From: a virus
Reading direction: 5' to 3' (one strand)
IMG/VR virus record: IMGVR_UViG_3300048839_001110
Location: 1-53,360 of that record
DNA length: 53,360 nucleotides
Part shown: one piece after another, positions 47,989 through 53,360 of the stretch
Layout of the letters: every line of letters begins with the position of its first letter
How positions within the stretch are numbered: the stretch's first letter is position 1
The notes under the pieces: generated by a model
The model's input: the letters and a program-made list of their open reading frames with translations, nothing else
Told to the model about the DNA's origin: nothing
The model's database searches: none
Position numbers and translations under genes: made by a program

Positions 47989-50714
47989 GGCGAATCGTGG
48001 GTTGTGATGTCGAGCGTCGCCGCCATCACGGTCGCAGGCCGCGGCGAACAGGCCAGCAGGCAGAGCCGCGTATCGGTATCGTAGCCGCCCGGCGCCGAGA
48101 GCTGCGGCAAGTCGTAGTCCTCGTGCACGGTGCCGGCCGCGATGGTCTGGTTGTTCTTCGACTTCGGCAGGTTGTCCATGCGGGCGGTGAAGCTCGGGCC
48201 GAAGCGCAGGCCCTGGAAATGCGTGTCGGCCAGGATCAGGCCGAGCTTGTCGATCTTCTTCTTCTGGTTCAGCGCGGTGCCGCGGCTCGCCGCATAGGCA
48301 AGCTTCGCCGACTTGAACTCGCCGCGATAGGCAAGCCCGACGCAGACATTGTCGAAGCCTTCAGGGATCGTGACGTCGCCGTTTGCGTCCGCCGTCAGCG
48401 TCTCGAGATTGCCGGCCTCGTCGAGCCCGGTTCCGCAATCGGAGCCCTGCGTGGCGTCGTCATTCCAGCCCCAGGCCACCACCTCGCGTCCGGCAAGGTG
48501 CGGCACGGGCACCGTCGTCGTGCCGCCCGTATAGACGATGTGCGAATCCATCAGCCGCGCCTCGGGGCGGCCGCTGCACTGGTCGCGCCGCGCGGCGCGC
48601 TCGAGGAAGCGCTTGGTCTCCCCGCCGATCGTGCGTGCGACGCCGTAATAGACCCGGTTCTCCAGTCGCCCAGGCAGCACGCAGACCGATTCGACCGTGC
48701 CGTCGGTCTCGGCCCGCCACCAGGCCTCGGCGGTCTCGCCGGCTTCGCGCAACAGCGAAGCGACCACGCCGTCGGTGCGCGGAAAATGCAGCATCGTGTC
48801 GGGCTGGCGCTGCACATCGAGGCCGACAAAGCCGACCTTGCCGATGTCGGGATTGAGCCGCGTCAGATCGTAGGGGACGTAATCCTGCGCCTCGACATTG
48901 AAGGCGAGCTCGTAGACCCGGCGGCCGGACTGCTCGACGAACACGCCGCGGGTGTCGATCTTGACCGCCGGCACATTGGCCGAGCCTTGCGTCGAGCAAT
49001 CCTTCAGCGTGAAATTCGTCGGCGTCAGCGGCTCGTCGAACGAGCCGGAGCGCACCGAGGTCTCGGCGCCCTCGCGGCCGACGATCAGGCGCGAGAGATC
49101 CAGCAACCAGAGGATGTTGTCGACCGGCCCGAAGCCGACCGAGCGGTTGATCGGGGCTGCGTCGCCCTCGTAATCGATGTCGAAAGAATCATAGGCGTCG
49201 GAGATCGAGCCCCAGATCCGGTCGCGGCCCGCCCACCACAGCCGCCCGTCGTAGAAGCGCACGCAGGACGGCCAGCCCAGCCGGTCGGACCAGTCGCCCT
49301 CGTTCCACTCGGCGGTCGCGGTCAGCGAGGAAAAAGGATCCAGCACCTCGACGTCGACCGCTGTCCGCGAGGTGTAACCCGTCACCCGCGCGATGCCGGC
49401 CGCGCCGCCGCCGACATAGGTCAGCGACACGACCGCCGTGCCGCTGGTGTAATTCCCCGTCTTGATGCCGATGCGATACCAGGCGATCGAATTGTCGAGC
49501 CCGTCGTCGTGGCTTTCGCTGCCGTTGCCGGTGCGGTCGAAGACGTCGACGAAGCCGGAGGATTCGCCGTCGAGCGAGCGCTGAAGCGTGACCGTGCCGG
49601 ACCAGGTGCCGGAAATCGTGACCGTGAAGATGCGCCCGGCTTCGACGCCGGTGACGCGGATGGCGCTGGAGAAGGTATTCTCGGCGCCGATCGATGCCGA
49701 GGCGGTCTGGCCCGAGGAGAACAGCCGGAACAGCGCGCCGACATGGGTGGGGCGAAACAACGCGCGCGAGGCCGTCAACGTGGTGTTGCCGGACAGTGCG
49801 CCGGGCGTGAGCGTGATGTCGCTGCCATTGGTGCCGCCGAAGGGCCCGTCGTCGCTCTTGTAAAGCACGAAGGACCAGGACGTCGCCGCGCGGCGCTCGA
49901 TCCGCCGCTGCTGCTGGCCGCGGCAGGCCACGAAGATCACGTCGCCGGATTGCGCGTGCCGCAGGTAGCGAAGATCGGCCTCGGCCCAGCTGGTCGGGAG
50001 CTCGAGCGCACCCTCGCCCTCGATCGTGACGCTGGTGACGATCTTGGTCTGCGCGGTGACGGTCTCGAGCTCGAGATAAACGATCGCGACGCCAGGCGTG
50101 AAGGCGAGCGAATGCGTGCCGGTCTCGAGCGTGGTTTCCGAGACGATGTCGTCGAGGCCGTCGGCCGAGCCGGCGCGGAATCGCACCGGGCCGCGCGTGA
50201 CCACGATGCGGAAGGCATGCTCGGTGTCGAGGTCGCCGGGCCCGATCGCGAAATTCTGCTTGGCCTTGGCGAGCCCGCCGCTCGTGGGCGACGCCAGCTT
50301 CAGTTCGCCGGCGCCGATCGTCGCCGACGCGCCGGCGCCCGAGGTGCTGAGCGTCCAGCCGGTGGCATTCCAGAAATCTCCGTTCTGGATCTGGGCGGTG
50401 ACCGCCTCGCGCTCGACCAGCGTCTCGCCGTCGTCATCGACCAGCCAGACCCGCAAGGCGCCGTCGGTCGCCTCGAGCAGCGCAAGGTCGCTGTTGGAGA
50501 AGATGAAGGGAATGAAGCCGGGCTTCAGGTCGGAGCGGATGCCGCCGAGATATTCCCAACCCGGCCGTAGCGTCATGGGCCCGAGCGTGAGCGGCAGCCA
50601 GTTGGCCTGGCGCTCGGCCGACAGCTGCATGCGCTCCTGGTCGACGCGCGCAAGCGCAGCCTTCGCCACCTCGCCGCGGTTGAAGGCGAGGTGTGCGGTG
50701 TTGGCGCGGCCCAT
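47985..50714 (-). CDS. Tail tubular protein B-like (nozzle) protein
   Basis: 909 aa in the gp12-equivalent position after the adaptor-like gene. Confidence 0.55.
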   Translation of the reverse strand: MGRANTAHLAFNRGEVAKAALARVDQERMQLSAERQANWLPLTLGPMTLRPGWEYLGGIRSDLKPGFIPFIFSNSDLALLEATDGALRVWLVDDDGETLVEREAVTAQIQNGDFWNATGWTLSTSGAGASATIGAGELKLASPTSGGLAKAKQNFAIGPGDLDTEHAFRIVVTRGPVRFRAGSADGLDDIVSETTLETGTHSLAFTPGVAIVYLELETVTAQTKIVTSVTIEGEGALELPTSWAEADLRYLRHAQSGDVIFVACRGQQQRRIERRAATSWSFVLYKSDDGPFGGTNGSDITLTPGALSGNTTLTASRALFRPTHVGALFRLFSSGQTASASIGAENTFSSAIRVTGVEAGRIFTVTISGTWSGTVTLQRSLDGESSGFVDVFDRTGNGSESHDDGLDNSIAWYRIGIKTGNYTSGTAVVSLTYVGGGAAGIARVTGYTSRTAVDVEVLDPFSSLTATAEWNEGDWSDRLGWPSCVRFYDGRLWWAGRDRIWGSISDAYDSFDIDYEGDAAPINRSVGFGPVDNILWLLDLSRLIVGREGAETSVRSGSFDEPLTPTNFTLKDCSTQGSANVPAVKIDTRGVFVEQSGRRVYELAFNVEAQDYVPYDLTRLNPDIGKVGFVGLDVQRQPDTMLHFPRTDGVVASLLREAGETAEAWWRAETDGTVESVCVLPGRLENRVYYGVARTIGGETKRFLERAARRDQCSGRPEARLMDSHIVYTGGTTTVPVPHLAGREVVAWGWNDDATQGSDCGTGLDEAGNLETLTADANGDVTIPEGFDNVCVGLAYRGEFKSAKLAYAASRGTALNQKKKIDKLGLILADTHFQGLRFGPSFTARMDNLPKSKNNQTIAAGTVHEDYDLPQLSAPGGYDTDTRLCLLACSPRPATVMAATLDITTHDSP

Positions 50715-50720
50715 TGCGGA

Positions 50721-51350
50721 TCAGCGAAACTGGCCGTTCCAGCGCGAGCGATTGAGCCCGCCGGCGTTGCGCGAGCGCGCCCAGGTCCCCGCCGGCGGGA
50801 AGCGCGGCGGCTCGTTGAGCGCATCCTTGGCAAGCGCGTCGGATTTCGCCCGCTTCAGGTCGGAGAGCAGCTCGCTGCTCGGCTCGGCGCCGGTGATGCG
50901 CTTGGCCGCGCGCCGCGCCAGATAAAGCGCCGCGTAATTGGCGAAGCTTTCCGGCCACAGCGACAGGTCGCGACCATAGGCCGTGTCCTTGGAGACCATG
51001 CGCACATAGAGCGGATCGCAGTCGGCGTACCAGATGCCGGCCTCGTCCCGCAGATCGAGCAGTGGCGGGTCGAACCGCTCGTTCTCGGCGATCTCGTAGG
51101 TTCGCACCCAGTCGGCCGGCTTCTCGAAGGCGTGGGCATAGCCGAAATCCGGAACGACGCTCGCGGACGGATCGAGCAGCATCGTGCGCATGGCAAAATT
51201 CCAGGCGCCCTGCTCGAGGCAATAGTCCAGCGCCCGTTCATAGGCGTCGTCGAGCGCATAGCGCGCGGTCGAGGCCTCCGTCAGGTCCGCGATCCGCTCC
51301 TGGCCGAGGGCCAGGAGCGCGTCGCGGTAATGATCGAGCTTGCTCGTCAT
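50721..51350 (-). CDS. Tail tubular protein A / adaptor-like protein
   Basis: 209 aa in the gp11-equivalent position. Confidence 0.5.
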   Translation of the reverse strand: MTSKLDHYRDALLALGQERIADLTEASTARYALDDAYERALDYCLEQGAWNFAMRTMLLDPSASVVPDFGYAHAFEKPADWVRTYEIAENERFDPPLLDLRDEAGIWYADCDPLYVRMVSKDTAYGRDLSLWPESFANYAALYLARRAAKRITGAEPSSELLSDLKRAKSDALAKDALNEPPRFPPAGTWARSRNAGGLNRSRWNGQFR

Positions 51351-51359
51351 CGGTCGCGA

Positions 51360-52004
51360 TCAGGCGGCCAGCGACTTGACGTTGGCGGCGAGCCAGCCGT
51401 GAGCGTCCTCGGCAGTGTCGAAGCCGTTCTTCAGCACCGCCTTGTCGCGCACGCGCAGGACCGTGTGCTTCAGATGCGGGCCCGAATAGATCACCGAGAA
51501 TCGGGTGTCGGCCTCGGGGCGCAGGGGCTCGAGGGCTACGACGCGCAGCTCCGACAGGCGGGCGAATTGCCGGCCGGCGGCGCGCACGATCAGCTCCGCG
51601 AAATAGGAGCCGTCCTCGGCGAACACTTCGATGCGGTCATAGGGCCGCAGTCGCGAGGCGACATGCGAGAGAAACTCCGGATTGTCCCGGACCGTCTCGT
51701 AGGGCGTCCCGAGCTCCGGCACGATCACCCAGATGTTGCGCTTGCCTTCGGCGATGCCGATGCGCGCCTCCGAGAGCTTGCCGGTGAACGGCTTCTTCGC
51801 CGGCGCCGGCGCGGGCTCGGACGTGGCCGCGATCGCGGGCTTCGGCTTGTCCGCCGGCGGCGCCTTGTCGGCTGGTTTCACAGCAGCCGCGGCCGCCGCG
51901 GACGCATCCTGGCCAGCCGTCTTCTCCGCAACAGTAGCGGAAGCCTTGGTCTCGTCAGAAGCAGGGCCCTTGTCGGCAGCGGACTTCTGGTCGTTCTTTG
52001 ACAT
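51360..52004 (-). CDS. Hypothetical virion protein with a Lys/Pro/Ala-rich N-terminus
   Basis: 214 aa. Confidence 0.55.
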   Translation of the reverse strand: MSKNDQKSAADKGPASDETKASATVAEKTAGQDASAAAAAAVKPADKAPPADKPKPAIAATSEPAPAPAKKPFTGKLSEARIGIAEGKRNIWVIVPELGTPYETVRDNPEFLSHVASRLRPYDRIEVFAEDGSYFAELIVRAAGRQFARLSELRVVALEPLRPEADTRFSVIYSGPHLKHTVLRVRDKAVLKNGFDTAEDAHGWLAANVKSLAA

Positions 52005-52082
52005 GATCTGTCCTTCGGTTGGGGAAGCGGAAACGGGCGGACCCGAGGGCCCGCCCGCTATGTCGCCGTCGCGATCGCCGCC

Positions 52083-52334
52083 TTACGCGAGCGTCGCGGC
52101 GCCGATGGTCGTGGCGTTCAGCACGTGGTGAACCGTGCAGGTCGCCGTATCGGTGTCGATGACGAACATGATGTCGTTCGCCTTCAGGCCGAAGTCAGCG
52201 CCGTCGGAAAAGTATCCGGCAGCGTCGATGTCTGTGTGGGGATCCGTCGCATGACGGTAGTACCAAATGGCCGGTCCGGTCCCCATCGCGGGGACGAGAA
52301 GGATCGGCCGGTTGGTGCCGGCAACGTAAGCCAT
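52083..52334 (-). CDS. Small hypothetical protein next to the capsid gene
   Basis: 83 aa. Confidence 0.5.
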   Translation of the reverse strand: MAYVAGTNRPILLVPAMGTGPAIWYYRHATDPHTDIDAAGYFSDGADFGLKANDIMFVIDTDTATCTVHHVLNATTIGAATLA

Positions 52335-52424
52335 CGCTGGCCTCCTTCGCGTGTTGAGACAAAGAGGGGTGAAGCCGGCGTCGCGGACGGCGCCGGCGTT
52401 GTCGTCAGGTTACGGAGGGAGCGA

Positions 52425-53267
52425 TCAGCTCAGCGCGAAGGCCGAACCGTCATGCTTCATCTGCACGACGCCGGAATTCTGCAGGAGCTTGGAGCCCATG
52501 TGCGCGGAAGCGCGGGCCCACGAATAGGCCTGCTCTTCGTCGTAGCCGACCGGCGTCTCGAGACCGTCCTTGTCGACCGCATGGCCGATGGCATTGCGGT
52601 GGAACAAGTAGCACTTCTCGGTAGAGGTCTGCGCACCCGTGAGGTTCGGATGGCGGATCCAGTTCACGCCCGCCCAGCGCAGCATCTTGCGGTTGAAGGC
52701 GCCGCCGAACACGGGAACGTCCACGTATTCCTTGGAGGCGAATTCGCGCAGGCGCTGCAGGTAGGCCATGAAGCCCGGCGTAACGAGGCCGAAGATGTTG
52801 TCCATCTCCTCGACCGGCACCTCGGCATAGCCGAGCGCGCCAAGCCCCGTGGTCACCATGTCGAGCGAAGCCGTCGCGGTGACGCCGGTGTCGATCGTCG
52901 CGGTGTCGAGCTGGGCGATGATGTCCGCGTCGATCTTGCGATTGATCACGGCCATCGTCGTCTGCTGCATGATCGCCCGCTGGTTGCCCTGCGAGGCGAA
53001 GATGTTGAACTTGGTCTTGCGGACCAGGTCGTGCCACTCGGCCAGCGTTGCCGTCAGCTGAGTGTTGTCGTCGGCGCGCGCCGGGATCAGACCGTTGACG
53101 CCGCGGGTGACGGCCGTGGCGCCGCCGGAGCCGGCCACGAGGAACGTCGCCTGGTTGCCGCTGATGACCGCTTCGGTCACGCAGCAGCCGGAGAGAAGCG
53201 ACTGGCGCTCCTCGAAGGACGCGATGAATTCATCGCGGTACTGGGTCTGAAAGGCCGTTTCGGCCAT
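52425..53267 (-). CDS. Major capsid protein candidate
   Basis: 280 aa with a GGAGAA RBS. Follows the scaffold gene across the circular junction. The first 34 nt lie in the terminal overlap. Confidence 0.7.
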   Translation of the reverse strand: MAETAFQTQYRDEFIASFEERQSLLSGCCVTEAVISGNQATFLVAGSGGATAVTRGVNGLIPARADDNTQLTATLAEWHDLVRKTKFNIFASQGNQRAIMQQTTMAVINRKIDADIIAQLDTATIDTGVTATASLDMVTTGLGALGYAEVPVEEMDNIFGLVTPGFMAYLQRLREFASKEYVDVPVFGGAFNRKMLRWAGVNWIRHPNLTGAQTSTEKCYLFHRNAIGHAVDKDGLETPVGYDEEQAYSWARASAHMGSKLLQNSGVVQMKHDGSAFALS

Positions 53268-53360
53268 GACAGTTCTCCGATGTTACGGGGTCGGGGGACT
53301 GCCTCGTCTCGGGTTGTCCGCATGCCGCGGCCGCGCGGGGTTGCCGCACGCTTGCGCGCA
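53234..53360. repeat. Terminal overlap copy 2 (identical to 1-127)
   Basis: Same 127-nt string as the window start. It could be an assembly overlap of a circular or permuted molecule, or a short direct terminal repeat. Confidence 0.95.

Noticed and set aside
1-53360. CRISPR arrays, rRNA genes, reverse transcriptase/DGR, and toxin-antitoxin pairs.
   Set aside because: I looked for regularly spaced repeats, RT motifs (YxDD) and small paired genes with known TA motifs, and found none. The repeats present are those listed as operators, arm sites, iterons, IS ends and the intragenic wHTH duplication.

Overview
The window is a complete, circularly closed genome, not a chromosomal slice. Bases 1-127 are repeated exactly at 53234-53360, so the unique length is 53,233 bp. 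It is a very GC-rich temperate phage. The host is probably alphaproteobacterial or Rhizobiales-like; that is inferred from codon style only and not verified.

Layout:
- (a) The minus strand from 10740 down through the junction to 36502 carries a late operon: small terminase, a receptor-binding/depolymerase cassette, large terminase, podovirus-type portal, scaffold, capsid, tail-tube proteins, large ejected internal proteins, tail fibre, then a holin / SAR-endolysin / spanin lysis cassette. The gene order is T7-like, but I see no phage RNA or DNA polymerase.
- (b) An immunity switch at 19.4-20.9 kb has a CI-like HTH+S24 repressor, a divergent Cro-like gene, and two nearly identical promoter-operator modules firing in opposite directions.
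- (c) A leftward early operon (19646 down to about 12500) carries an RHH protein, an MT-A70 methyltransferase, and a candidate replication initiator. That initiator's coding sequence contains DnaA-box-like 9-mers and GTAACG iterons. Unknown genes follow, then an IS1595-family insertion with perfect 8-bp target duplications.
- (d) A rightward early operon (20928-33535) holds many small genes: RHH, HNH, a ProQ/FinO-like protein, and a tyrosine integrase next to an attP built on the 3' end of a tRNA with four arm-type repeats. Further on are a frameshifted HNH, a P-loop ATPase with tandem winged-helix repeats, ASCH, Gp37/Gp68 (DUF5131), RyR-domain and gp49-like proteins.
- (e) A visibly lower-GC accessory island (about 34.0-36.2 kb) abuts a truncated Dam methylase.
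- (f) A second, Cre-like tyrosine recombinase sits beside a nested palindrome.

I saw no rRNA, no complete tRNA and no CRISPR array. Most long ORFs antisense to these genes are Arg/Ala/Gly-rich artefacts of the GC content. Every function call rests on reading the translations and on remembered family motifs. No searches were run.
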